Shown one piece after another: positions 29,968-39,792 of a stretch of DNA of 64,000 nt. Below the pieces are notes generated by a model that did not search any database, was not told the origin of the DNA, and saw nothing but the letters and a program-made list of their open reading frames with translations. Origin of the DNA: Candidatus Poribacteria bacterium (GTDB lineage Bacteria; Poribacteria; WGA-4E; WGA-3G); assembly GCA_026706025.1 (NCBI GenBank), contig JAPOZO010000005.1:291-64290 (forward strand), given 5' to 3'. The position numbers and the translations under genes were made by a program. Positions within the stretch are counted from its first letter, which is position 1. Each line of letters starts with the position of its first letter.

Positions 29968-30546
29968 ATGATACAAACAGGAAACTTTGCATGCCATAAT
30001 ATTCACTTGGAGACCGAACATCTGAAACTGCGACCCTTTAGGGATGCCGATTTTGATACTGCTGTCCCTTTCTATAGAGATCCGGAATTTCTAAACGCGG
30101 TTGAGGAATCCCCGCCTGAGGGACCCATCACAAAGGAATATCTCAAAAAAGCCGGTAAATTCATGAGAGATAGCGGATTTCTGTTCGCAATCGTCGAAAA
30201 ATCGAGTGGACGCGCCATTGGCGAGGTATGTTTGCAGTGGATGAATTTGGAACGGGCAAAAATTGAGGGCGAAAAAGTGATGCGTTTACCCATCGGGATT
30301 TGGGACAAAACACTGTGGGGTAAAGGCTACGGCAAAGAGGTCGTGCGACGTTTGATGGCGCATGCCTTTGAAAAACTGGAAATAGATCGGTTCTGTCCAG
30401 TGGACGTTCCTGTGGACAATGTCCGTTCACAAGCATTGTGGCGATCTCTTGGACTAACTGTTTCGCGAGAAGCAGATGGCGGAAAGATGTTAGACTTTGA
30501 AATCACACGAGCAGAATATCAGAGAATCCATGGAAGCCTCACTTGA
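29968..30546 (+). CDS. GNAT family N-acetyltransferase (RimJ/RimL-like)
   Basis: A 192-aa ORF has the N-terminus LETEHLKLRPFRDADFD typical of RimL-type GNATs. A Q/R-x-x-G-x-G/A-like CoA motif is present (WGKGYGKEVVRRLMAHAF). Confidence 0.7.
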   Translation: MIQTGNFACHNIHLETEHLKLRPFRDADFDTAVPFYRDPEFLNAVEESPPEGPITKEYLKKAGKFMRDSGFLFAIVEKSSGRAIGEVCLQWMNLERAKIEGEKVMRLPIGIWDKTLWGKGYGKEVVRRLMAHAFEKLEIDRFCPVDVPVDNVRSQALWRSLGLTVSREADGGKMLDFEITRAEYQRIHGSLT

Positions 30547-30574
30547 ATAGCATTCTGAATCAAAGGAACCTTGT

Positions 30575-31924
30575 ATGTTCAGTAGACAACTCGCTAAACG
30601 CGCAGCGGAAAACAACCCAATTCGTGTCGGTATTATCGGTGCCGGAAAGTTCGGTGCCGGACTGGTTGCGCAGCTTTCACAGATGCGCGGCATGGTCGCG
30701 AGCGCGATTGCCGACATCAATCTGAAACATGCTATAGGCGCGTATACAGCCAGTAATATCCCCACCGACGCGATTTCGCATGTTCGGAATGCCAACGCGA
30801 TGAACGATGCCATCCGCAGCGGTAAACGCGCAGTTACCGAAGACGGGCTGCACATTATTCAGTCTGATCTGATTGATGTGGTTGTGGAAGCAACTGGCAT
30901 TCCAGAAGTTGGCGCGCAAATGGCGTACCACACACTGATGCACAAGAAACATCTCGTGATGGTCAACGTTGAAACGGATGTCACCGTAGGCCCGTTTCTG
31001 AGACGCTTGGCAGACAACGCGGGTGTCGTCTATACACTCGTTGATGGTGATCAACCCGGTGTAACAATGAATATGGTCGAGTGGGCAAAAACCCTCGGTT
31101 TTGAGATCGTTGCTGCGGGGAGAGGTACGGTGTTTTATGATGATGATCGCGCGGGGATACCGGACACTGTTCCGCAACGATTCGGGTTCAGTCGAGAGTT
31201 GATTGAACGACGCACGATTAACTTTAAGATGTTCAACTCGTTCCGAGATGGGTCGAAGGCACAGATTGAGATGACCTCCTTGGCAAACATGGCAGGTCTG
31301 CCACCAGATGTTCGCGGCATGCACGAACCTTCAGTCAACATTTCGGACATCGCTGAGGTCTTCAGTCTAAAAAAAGAAGGCGGCATTTTGAGCCGCCACG
31401 GTGTCGTTGAACTTGCAAATAGTATTGCCACGGATGGCAAGGCGATGCTGGACAACCCACTACGGATGGGTGTATTCGTTGTTATTCGGACGGAGCATCC
31501 TTTCACGCAAGAAGACCTTGCCGGTTATAACCTGCATTCGGGGGGTGATGGCAAGAACTATCTCCTCTACCGCCCGTACCACCTCGTGGCTGTTGAAGCA
31601 CCGATTTCGATTGCGAAAGCCGTTCTCTACGGACACCCGACAGGCACACCGCTACCGACACCCGTTGCCGATATTATCACAGTTGCCAAACGTGACCTGA
31701 AAGCGGGAGAGATACTCGATGGCAGCGGGGGGTATACAGTCAATGGATTGATTGAGAAAGCGGACATTGCACACGAAGAGAACTTACTCCCCCTCGGTTT
31801 GTCGGACGGCATCCAATTAAAATCCGATGTTCCCCAAGGGGAAGCGATCTCTTACGATATGGTAGCATTAAACGAGGACTCCTTCGTTCTCAAACTCCGC
31901 CGTCTCCAAGACGCAACCGTCTGA
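30575..31924 (+). CDS. NAD(P)-binding oxidoreductase, COG4091-like (homoserine-dehydrogenase-like with SAF-type C-terminal domain)
   Basis: There is an N-terminal Rossmann motif (IRVGIIGAGKFGAGL). The 449-aa length and architecture fit the predicted homoserine dehydrogenase-like family. This is an uncertain call. Confidence 0.45.
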   Translation: MFSRQLAKRAAENNPIRVGIIGAGKFGAGLVAQLSQMRGMVASAIADINLKHAIGAYTASNIPTDAISHVRNANAMNDAIRSGKRAVTEDGLHIIQSDLIDVVVEATGIPEVGAQMAYHTLMHKKHLVMVNVETDVTVGPFLRRLADNAGVVYTLVDGDQPGVTMNMVEWAKTLGFEIVAAGRGTVFYDDDRAGIPDTVPQRFGFSRELIERRTINFKMFNSFRDGSKAQIEMTSLANMAGLPPDVRGMHEPSVNISDIAEVFSLKKEGGILSRHGVVELANSIATDGKAMLDNPLRMGVFVVIRTEHPFTQEDLAGYNLHSGGDGKNYLLYRPYHLVAVEAPISIAKAVLYGHPTGTPLPTPVADIITVAKRDLKAGEILDGSGGYTVNGLIEKADIAHEENLLPLGLSDGIQLKSDVPQGEAISYDMVALNEDSFVLKLRRLQDATV

Positions 31925-31931
31925 GAATCGA

Positions 31932-32954
31932 CTAATCCCACGGATGCAGCACGACTTTACCACATTCCCCGGTCGCCTGAAGTTCCCACGCCTCCTGCAC
32001 ATCACGCATCGGGAAGGTGTGTGTGATGAATGTGTTTATCTGTTCGGGTGAATTTTGGATCATTTGCATCAATTTTGGATAGACACCGAGGTTGTAATGC
32101 CAATTTCCACGTAGGACTAAGCCTTTCCGAATCATATCCCGACTCGCCCCAAGCGGAAATTCGCCACCTTCGCCGACGAATGTGACCTGTCCTTTTCTTC
32201 GGGCTGCATCAACCATTAAACGATGGGCTGCAGACGCGCCGGAGCAGTCCACTGCCTTGTCAATTCCGACCCCGTCTGTAAAATCTCGAATCTGATCGAG
32301 AATATCTTCATCACTTGGATCCAAGACGATATCTGCGCCCAACTTTTTCGCGAGCTCGGCACGATATGGATGGCTTTCTACGCCGACGACGCGCGCCCCG
32401 CGATAGTGTGCATTGATAATACCACCTAACCCAACAGGACCTAAGCCGGTAACCATGACCGTATCCAATGAATTGACTTGCATCTGTTCCATCGCGCCAA
32501 ATGTCGGTCCCAATCCACAGCACGCCATCCCGGCGTGTTCATAACTCACACCCTCTGGAATCGGTGATAACAGATCTTCCATCTTGTGCATATACTGTGC
32601 ATAAGTCGCCGAAGCCGGGTCTGTCCCGATGAGTTCTCGAATGTTCCGTCCGCTCGTACAGTGAATGTGTTCACCTATAGCACACATCGCACACTTGCCA
32701 CAAGCGTTCTGTGGTTGCACCACCACGCGATCCCCTACTTTGACGCGACCGGGTTGTGCAACTTCCACGACTTCGCCAGCGGCTTCGTGGCCGAAATGCT
32801 CGCCGGTGCCACCATGTACGAACCCTTTATACTCTGTACACATCGGAACAGCATGGATTTTGACGACGACGACATCTCCTCCGGCACGCGGATCCGGTTT
32901 GTCGACTACGCCACCTTTTTGATCACCAAACATTGCTGCTACTTTCATATACAC
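31932..32954 (-). CDS. Zinc-dependent alcohol dehydrogenase (MDR superfamily)
   Basis: Catalytic Zn ligands (GHEAAGEV), a structural Zn CxxC...C cluster (CGKCAMCAIGEHIHC) and an NAD-binding motif (GLGPVGLG) are present. Confidence 0.85.
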   Translation of the reverse strand: MYMKVAAMFGDQKGGVVDKPDPRAGGDVVVVKIHAVPMCTEYKGFVHGGTGEHFGHEAAGEVVEVAQPGRVKVGDRVVVQPQNACGKCAMCAIGEHIHCTSGRNIRELIGTDPASATYAQYMHKMEDLLSPIPEGVSYEHAGMACCGLGPTFGAMEQMQVNSLDTVMVTGLGPVGLGGIINAHYRGARVVGVESHPYRAELAKKLGADIVLDPSDEDILDQIRDFTDGVGIDKAVDCSGASAAHRLMVDAARRKGQVTFVGEGGEFPLGASRDMIRKGLVLRGNWHYNLGVYPKLMQMIQNSPEQINTFITHTFPMRDVQEAWELQATGECGKVVLHPWD

Positions 32955-33162
32955 TTACGCCCAAAACTCTACGACACTTCATAAAGCCGGTTTTTATGTA
33001 GAGAGAAAGGGCATTCCTCCTCCTCCTAAGATGTGTTAATACCATAACACAAGCAATCAAATCCGTCAAGGCAAAATTACTGTAATTCACTCTGTCTTTC
33101 TGACAACTCCCGCGCAATATGGTATTATTTTAACCCAAGTTGCTATCTAAAAGGTTATCGTC

Positions 33163-33912
33163 TTATCCCCGTCTTAAAAGATCGGCTAAAGGCGTATACC
33201 CATTGCCTTGAGGTAATTCAGTAATAACAGCGTTTCCGTCACGCTTAAAGAGTTTGTACGCCTTCGCATTAGGCGCAGAGGTGAGGATACGATAGTGATC
33301 GTCTACAATCTCAATCGCTGCGTTATTATCACAGGCGATGCCGATGCCACCCCGTTTTGCGATCATTTGCGAAAAGGAAGTTTCTCGCTTCTCGAAGTGA
33401 TAATGTGGACAATAGACTGCATTGATGAATCCAAGTCCACTGACGCGGATATAGTCCCACTTCGGGTTGCTGGAGAAAGACCGAGAATCGCTATGCCCGT
33501 ATCTAAACCAGCAGATCGCACCCGCGCTGAGCCCCGATAGCACAATACCGCGGGACGCAGCTTCTGCCAATACGGTATCTAACCTCAAGCGTCGCCATAA
33601 TTTCATCATCTTGTAGGTGTTTCCACCCCCAACATAGACAAGGTCAGAATCCAACACCAGCGCGGACATCTCCTCAAACGCTGGTGGATCTTGAATGAGC
33701 TTGAGAACGCGCGTTTTACATCCAAAATGTTCACCGTAAACCTTCTCAAAAGTATCAATATATCCGGGTGCGTCGCTGCTGGCAGTTGGAATAAAGAGTG
33801 CCTTCGGTTGTGTTTTGCCGGTTAATTCAATGATGCGTTTGTCAATAGCAGCGGTTTCCATTTCTCTAATTTCTCCACCGCCAACTGCAACAATCTTCGG
33901 TATTGTTTTCAT
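33163..33912 (-). CDS. Peptidase S51 family (dipeptidase E / cyanophycinase-like)
   Basis: The probable start is ATG 33912 with RBS AGGAAC (the ORF track begins at 33978). Motifs include IVAVGGGE, VGGGNTY and the nucleophile elbow LSGLSAGA. Confidence 0.75.
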   Translation of the reverse strand: MKTIPKIVAVGGGEIREMETAAIDKRIIELTGKTQPKALFIPTASSDAPGYIDTFEKVYGEHFGCKTRVLKLIQDPPAFEEMSALVLDSDLVYVGGGNTYKMMKLWRRLRLDTVLAEAASRGIVLSGLSAGAICWFRYGHSDSRSFSSNPKWDYIRVSGLGFINAVYCPHYHFEKRETSFSQMIAKRGGIGIACDNNAAIEIVDDHYRILTSAPNAKAYKLFKRDGNAVITELPQGNGYTPLADLLRRG

Positions 33913-34083
33913 AAACTGTTCCTTTAACGGTTTCTCACTATTTTGTCCTTGGAATGTTAACCCTAACAATTCCAACAAAAACTATCAAGTACATTTAGAA
34001 ATTTAACTACATTTTCGCTTAATAATTGTGGTAAAATGAAAGGAATGCCTATATAGTGTCCGTAACTTCGTTAAGGAGGAAAG

Positions 34084-34839
34084 ATGGCACCTGAAGAAAC
34101 AGGTTTAACACCCGCACAAAAAACGTTCTACGAGGCAAACGGATATCTTGTCCTTAAAAGTGTTTTTGCGCCCGAAGAGTGCGAACACTTCGTTGAACAT
34201 ATAGAAGACCTTCACGCCGGACGTAAGCATCTGGATGGATTTTTTCAACAGGATAAATACGGCGCAAGGACCTTTAATCAGCATCTTTACGACCCGCGCG
34301 TATTGGCTTTACTTATCAATGCCCGCTTACATAAGCCGCTTGCGGACTGTTTTGGCGGCGAACCGGAGGGGATTCAAACGATGCACTTTTATGAAGGATC
34401 CGAGCATCCCCTGCACCAAGACCAGTATTACCTACCGGATTGTATGTCGGCCTGGATTGCGATGGTTCGTGTCGATGAGAACAACGGACCGCTGGTCGTC
34501 CAGCCCGGTTCGCATAAAGGTAGATTGATTACGAAAAGCGACATACCTATGACACTCCAACCCGGAGAGACTTATGAATTACAACAGCATAACCGCTATT
34601 TTCCGGCAGTTGAACAGGTCTTTCGCGAGAACGGTAAAGACGCGGTTCAGGTGTTGGTAAACCCAGGAGATGTGGTTCTGTTCAGCGGAAAATTGATTCA
34701 TGGGGGTGCGCAAGTTTTGAAACCGGGGACGCGCAGACATGCGTTGGCGTGCCACTACATTCCATACGACTCCGAAAACTGGGAACGCGATTGGCCACGG
34801 TTCTCATTCGACGGCAGTCGGCGGATTCATTATCGGTAA
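34084..34839 (+). CDS. Phytanoyl-CoA dioxygenase (PhyH) family Fe(II)/2OG oxygenase
   Basis: The RBS AAGGAGG precedes the start. The HxD motif is HPLHQDQYY. The C-terminal motifs are NGPLVVQPGSHK and GDVVLFSGKLIHGG. Confidence 0.8.
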   Translation: MAPEETGLTPAQKTFYEANGYLVLKSVFAPEECEHFVEHIEDLHAGRKHLDGFFQQDKYGARTFNQHLYDPRVLALLINARLHKPLADCFGGEPEGIQTMHFYEGSEHPLHQDQYYLPDCMSAWIAMVRVDENNGPLVVQPGSHKGRLITKSDIPMTLQPGETYELQQHNRYFPAVEQVFRENGKDAVQVLVNPGDVVLFSGKLIHGGAQVLKPGTRRHALACHYIPYDSENWERDWPRFSFDGSRRIHYR

Positions 34840-34953
34840 AGTCGGAGTCGCAATTTGAAAAAAGAAATTGAGAATTGACATTTCACAACCTCTATGCTAT
34901 CCTTAAACGAATAACGCTTTAGCAATTTGATAATCCTTTTAGGAGGTAGAACT

Positions 34954-35667
34954 ATGCAGCAAAAAATCATATCTGCTCCGACACCCTTCTATCCTTCTTC
35001 GGACGGTAAATCTATGGCAGAAACGGATTGGCATCGCAAACTACTGATGGCACTTATACAAACAATTGAGCACCACTTTCGGGAACATGATGATGTTTAT
35101 GTTTCCGGCGATCTGTTAATCTACTACAAAATGGGAGATAATACAAAATCGGTTGCCCCGGATGTTTTTGTTGTTCAAGGGGTTGCGAAAAAGCAGCGAG
35201 GAACGTACCTGACATGGGAGGAATCTCATACCCCTGATTTTGTGTTAGAACTTGCGAGTCCGAGCACGTTTCGGCATGATCTAACTGGGAAGAAAGATTT
35301 GTACGAGTCTGTTCTGAAAGTGAAGGAGTATTACATCTATGACCCACTCCATCAAATACAACCGCATTTCATAGGTTTTCGACTGGTTGATGGTACGTAT
35401 GAGGAAATAGCATTCGTGAACGAGCGTCTGCCGTCGTCGGTGCTAAACTTAGAACTCGGTGAGCACGATGGAACTTTAGGCGTGTATGATCCCACGACAG
35501 AGCAATGGTTAGCACCTCCTGAAGAACGCGCTGAACAGGCGGAGGAACGCGCTGAACAGGCGGAGGAACGTGCTGAACAAGAGGCTCTTGCACGACAACG
35601 CGCCGAGGATGAATTGGCAAAGGCGTTGGCAACGCTTGAACGCCTCCAAGCCGAAAAAGACGACTAA
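34954..35667 (+). CDS. Uma2-family (DUF820) putative restriction-endonuclease-like protein with a C-terminal coiled-coil repeat
   Basis: The RBS AGGAGG lies 7 nt before ATG 34954. The core region (PDVFVVQG...PDFVLELASPST...EYYIYDP) matches the Uma2 PD-(D/E)xK pattern. The C-terminus carries (EERAEQA)x3. Confidence 0.7.
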   Translation: MQQKIISAPTPFYPSSDGKSMAETDWHRKLLMALIQTIEHHFREHDDVYVSGDLLIYYKMGDNTKSVAPDVFVVQGVAKKQRGTYLTWEESHTPDFVLELASPSTFRHDLTGKKDLYESVLKVKEYYIYDPLHQIQPHFIGFRLVDGTYEEIAFVNERLPSSVLNLELGEHDGTLGVYDPTTEQWLAPPEERAEQAEERAEQAEERAEQEALARQRAEDELAKALATLERLQAEKDD

Positions 35668-35688
35668 ATCAAATAAGGAGAAGAGATA

Positions 35689-38304
35689 ATGCGATACCTA
35701 TTGATTTTCGGGATCGGTTTTATTTTAATAAGCGGTTATTGCCTGCCGATATTCGCTCAGGAAACAGCAAAACCTGCAACACAGGAAGCACCCATAAAAA
35801 AGAAGAAAGAGTTTGAAGATTTTTCAAAAGTTACTGAAGATAGTAAAAACTATCAAGGCTTTTTCAGGTTGTATGAGAAAAAAGAGAACCTTTATTGCGA
35901 AATTCAACCCTCACAATTGGATAAACCTTTCCTATGCATGATTAGTCTTTCACGCGGACTCGGACGAGGATACCTCATCTCCGGGATGACGATGGATGAA
36001 TGGTTGCTCGTTTGGCGGCGCGTTGGCGACCGTGTGCATCTCGTGCGAAAAAATGTGCGTTTCCGTGCCGATAAAGGGACACCGACTGCGCAAGCGGTGG
36101 ACTACAGCTACAGCGATTCTGTGCTATTTTCTCTTAAAATCGAAAGTATACATCCCCAACGGCGGAGTCTATTGGTGAATATTTCGCCTGTCTTTATGTC
36201 TGATCTACCGCCCATGGCAGGTCGGATCGGCGGCGGTGCCCGATTTGATAAAACGCGTAGCACTTGGGGCACCATCAAGGGGTTCCCAAAGAACGTTGAG
36301 CTGCGGGTTCAAGCAGTTTACGCGGCAAGTGGCTCTATGACAACCGTCCCAGACAGTCGTGGTATCCAGTTGACCCTGCACTACAGCCTTTCCGAACTTC
36401 CATCGAACAACTATCGCTCACGGCTCGCTGACGATCGTATGGGGCATTTCATGACAACAGTCAAAGATTATTCGCTCCAAACCAGTGACGCACCCTATAT
36501 CCGTTACGTCAACCGGTGGCACTTGGAGAAAGCAGACAAAAAAGCGAAACTCTCGCCCCCCATGGATCCGATCATTTTCTACATTGAAAAGACAGTCCCA
36601 CATCGTTTCCGTCCTTATATTCGGCAAGGAATTCTGGAGTGGAATAAAGCATTTGAAAAAGCAGGCTTTGTCGACGCGATTGAGGCGCGGATCCAACAAG
36701 ATTATGAGGATTGGGACCCGGAAGATGCGCGCTATAACACGATCCGATGGGTCGTTGACGCAGGTTTCGCCATCGGTCCGTCCCGCGTGAACCCACTGAC
36801 AGGTCAGATATTGGACGCTGATATTCTTATCAGTGACGGTTTCATTAGATCGTGGCAGCGAGAATATACGACGTATTTTGAGGAACTCGACCACGAACAT
36901 GACCATCCGATAGATCATTCCTCACGATTCCGGTGTGAGATGGCATCCGGCTTAGCACGCCAGATGGGATTCATGGCGAGCGTCCTACAGGCGCGTGGTG
37001 TGGTCGGCGAAGACGGTGAACTACCGGAAGAATTTATCGGTCAGGCACTTAAATCATTAACCATGCACGAAGTCGGGCATACGTTGGGATTACGCCACAA
37101 CTTTAAAGCGAGTACGATCCATTCGCTTGACGACCTAAATAAGAAAAGCGATGAAGCACTTCTCGGCTCCGTGATGGAATACGACGCTGTAAACATCGCA
37201 CCTGCAGGGAAAAAACAGGGTGATTACTATACAACGACGATTGGCCCCTGGGACTACTGGGTCGTCGAGTATGCGTATAAACCGATCGATGCTGGCAATC
37301 CTGAAGGCGAATTAAAGGAGTTAGGCAAAATCGCTTCCCGTGTCGCAACACCAGGACTGACGTACGGAACAGATGGTGATGCGTCCGCATATCAAAGCAG
37401 AGATTTGGACCCCTTGGTCAATCGGTGGGATCTCGGTTCGGACCCACTCGATTTTGCGAAACAACGTCGCGAGATTGTCGTTGAGCTTTGGGACAAGATC
37501 GCTGATAAGGTTACAAAAGAGGGGATGGGGTATCAGCGTGTCAGGCGTGCATTCGGATCGCTGCTCGGTGAATACGGTTATTCGATGTACCTTGCAAGCC
37601 GTTATATCGGTGGACAGTACCACCACCGCGATCATCGTGGCGATGCGAACGGACGGCTCCCGTTCGTGCCTGTCCCCGCAGCGAAACAGCGTGAAGCACT
37701 GCAATTTATCAAAGAGCACGCACTCTCGGACAGAGCCTTCGATTTTCCCCCGGACCTGCTCAACAGTCTTGCCATCACCCGTTGGAGCGACTGGGGATCG
37801 AGTAGCGGGAGTTCTACGCGTTTGGATTACCCGGTGCACAGCGTTATCCTGGGTAACCAGACCCGCATCTTGGGACGCTTGCTCCATCCGAACGTCCTCG
37901 CGCGCGTTCAGGACACAGAATTGAAGTTTCCGAAGGGTGAGGACGCGTTCACACTGCCAGAACTCTTTTCAGGCATCACTGATGCGGTCTGGACGGAATT
38001 GGATCGGAATGTCGGAGAAAAGCAGTGGTCAAATACGGATGCGTTCATCTCCAGTTTCCGTCGCGCGTTGCAACGTGAGCACCTGAAGCGGTTCATCAAA
38101 TTGGTATTGGACGCTGATAGTGGAACGCCTGAAGACGCGAGGTCGCTTGCACGCCACCATCTCGGACAAATCAACAGTGAGATACAGGGTGTGCTCCAGA
38201 ACGCGCAAGGGCGACTTGATGACTACAGTTTGGCACACCTCGAAGAGTCGCAAGTCCGAGTTGCGAAGGCATTGGATGCCAGTTTCCAAGTCCAAAAACG
38301 CTAA
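35689..38304 (+). CDS. Secreted zinc-dependent metalloprotease (DUF5117/DUF4953-type, HExxH)
   Basis: The RBS AAGGAGAAGAG precedes the start. A signal peptide is present. The zinc site is TMHEVGHTLGLRHNF. The 871-aa size is typical of this family. Confidence 0.8.
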   Translation: MRYLLIFGIGFILISGYCLPIFAQETAKPATQEAPIKKKKEFEDFSKVTEDSKNYQGFFRLYEKKENLYCEIQPSQLDKPFLCMISLSRGLGRGYLISGMTMDEWLLVWRRVGDRVHLVRKNVRFRADKGTPTAQAVDYSYSDSVLFSLKIESIHPQRRSLLVNISPVFMSDLPPMAGRIGGGARFDKTRSTWGTIKGFPKNVELRVQAVYAASGSMTTVPDSRGIQLTLHYSLSELPSNNYRSRLADDRMGHFMTTVKDYSLQTSDAPYIRYVNRWHLEKADKKAKLSPPMDPIIFYIEKTVPHRFRPYIRQGILEWNKAFEKAGFVDAIEARIQQDYEDWDPEDARYNTIRWVVDAGFAIGPSRVNPLTGQILDADILISDGFIRSWQREYTTYFEELDHEHDHPIDHSSRFRCEMASGLARQMGFMASVLQARGVVGEDGELPEEFIGQALKSLTMHEVGHTLGLRHNFKASTIHSLDDLNKKSDEALLGSVMEYDAVNIAPAGKKQGDYYTTTIGPWDYWVVEYAYKPIDAGNPEGELKELGKIASRVATPGLTYGTDGDASAYQSRDLDPLVNRWDLGSDPLDFAKQRREIVVELWDKIADKVTKEGMGYQRVRRAFGSLLGEYGYSMYLASRYIGGQYHHRDHRGDANGRLPFVPVPAAKQREALQFIKEHALSDRAFDFPPDLLNSLAITRWSDWGSSSGSSTRLDYPVHSVILGNQTRILGRLLHPNVLARVQDTELKFPKGEDAFTLPELFSGITDAVWTELDRNVGEKQWSNTDAFISSFRRALQREHLKRFIKLVLDADSGTPEDARSLARHHLGQINSEIQGVLQNAQGRLDDYSLAHLEESQVRVAKALDASFQVQKR

Positions 38305-38354
38305 ATGATCGTCCGTTCCTATTCGGGACTTACACAAAACTTCCTATATTTGCT

Positions 38355-38408
38355 GGCGGGTGTTTTGCTTGGGTGTTCCCCCATAGTAACCCCGCCAATT
38401 TTCTGTTG
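38355..38408 (+). terminator. Putative rho-independent terminator after the metalloprotease gene
   Basis: A GGCGGG...CCCGCC stem with an inner GGG/CCC hairpin is followed by aattttctgtt. Confidence 0.35.
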
Positions 38409-38438
38409 TGTGAGTAAACAAAAAATTAGGGGTAACAG

Positions 38439-39371
38439 ATGGAAATTCTTCAATACACCGCCGATATGCAAGCACCTTTAACCCAATTTTATAACCGCCT
38501 GACCGCCAACGTTCCACACTGTTACCCCGCAAAGGAAGAAGAATTTGCTGTCGCATTACGCGGGGTTACCACCGGTAAAGCTGATAAAAAAGAAGGTGGA
38601 GTCGATTCCGAAACTGCCTTTGTCGCAATGGTGAACGGAGCAGTGCAAGCGTTTATCCACGTCGGTATCGGTCAGGTCTGGAATCACGAGGAAAGGAAAG
38701 AGAACGCGGGTATTATTCGGTTTTTGGGTTACGAACGCGGTGCGCGGCATACCGGGCAAGCCGTGCTTGAAAAGGCAGAAACCTATCTGAAAGCGTTTAA
38801 CGTTCCCAAAATCTTCGCCTTTTCACAAGACCATCGGTACCGCTTCTATCATTTTGAACACGCCTATCTATCGGATGCGCTCGATCAGGTTCAAGCACTG
38901 CTCGGATATAATGGGTACCATCGTTCTGAAGGCGAAGTCTTTTTGGATTGGGAAAACTACACCGTTACACCAGTCCCTTCAAGTTTACCTGTAACGCTTT
39001 CTGTAGATTGGAAACAGGGGCGCGGACAACTTCCGAACTGCACCGTAAAAGCATTTCAAGATGATAAAGAGGTCGGCGAGTGTTGGTCTGTCTCCGGTGG
39101 TGAGTTTTCAAGCCATCCTGATGCACAAAATTGGCTTCACACGACTTGGCTCGGCATCGAGGATAAGTTTCAGGGACAAGGTTTGGGACGCTACCTACTC
39201 CAGTATGAGCTTCAAGAGATGCACAAAGTCGGATACCGGCATGCAGCGATTAGTACTGCCTGGGATAACCCCCGCGCCTTCCTCTTTTACAGCAACTGCG
39301 GTTATCGGACGGTAGATTGGACGTATGAATTCGTTAAAGATCTCTCTGAAGCCCCAACACAGAAGTGGTAG
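38439..39371 (+). CDS. Two-domain protein with a C-terminal GNAT acetyltransferase domain
   Basis: The C-terminal segment FQGQGLGRYLLQYELQEMHKVGYRHAAISTAWDNPRAFLFYSNCGYR matches the GNAT motif A/B region. Confidence 0.5.
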   Translation: MEILQYTADMQAPLTQFYNRLTANVPHCYPAKEEEFAVALRGVTTGKADKKEGGVDSETAFVAMVNGAVQAFIHVGIGQVWNHEERKENAGIIRFLGYERGARHTGQAVLEKAETYLKAFNVPKIFAFSQDHRYRFYHFEHAYLSDALDQVQALLGYNGYHRSEGEVFLDWENYTVTPVPSSLPVTLSVDWKQGRGQLPNCTVKAFQDDKEVGECWSVSGGEFSSHPDAQNWLHTTWLGIEDKFQGQGLGRYLLQYELQEMHKVGYRHAAISTAWDNPRAFLFYSNCGYRTVDWTYEFVKDLSEAPTQKW

Positions 39372-39434
39372 TCTGTGATTGAGATAATCAGTAGGACTTT
39401 AACAGCAACATCTTATTTATAGAAACAGATTGCG

Positions 39435-39770
39435 CTATTCACTTCGCAGTAATGCCTCTTGATCAGTGATTCGCCATCCATAACCTTTTTTGTATTCAAC
39501 ACGTTTTTCCGCCCCCAGATGGAGTAGAACACCATAGATAAGCGTGTTGGCATGTGCATTCGGTTCCTCTATTTTTGGGATGCCACTTCTTTTTCGGATA
39601 GCATTGGGCTGACGATAGGAATTTTCCTCGTTTTTTGCCTCAAGTAAAATATCCAATACAGATTCCTTAAGGTGAAATAAACCTGTTCTTGCCTCTTGTT
39701 TGTATGTATTCACTGTTCTGTGTCTCCGTTCATAGACCGCGAGAAGCAGGTTGTATCTGGTGGTTCTCAC
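39435..39770 (-). CDS. Hypothetical protein (111 aa)
   Basis: Only the ORF is evident. No motif was recognised. Confidence 0.25.
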   Translation of the reverse strand: MRTTRYNLLLAVYERRHRTVNTYKQEARTGLFHLKESVLDILLEAKNEENSYRQPNAIRKRSGIPKIEEPNAHANTLIYGVLLHLGAEKRVEYKKGYGWRITDQEALLRSE

Positions 39771-39792
39771 ACAACCTACAAAGCGATAGTTC

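Noticed and set aside
30677-31324. 215-aa minus-strand ORF
   Set aside because: It lies entirely within and antisense to the COG4091-like oxidoreductase gene, and no motifs were found.
36418-37924. Several 100-190 aa ORFs on both strands inside the metalloprotease gene
   Set aside because: They are internal to an 871-aa gene with a clear HExxH site. No independent support exists.
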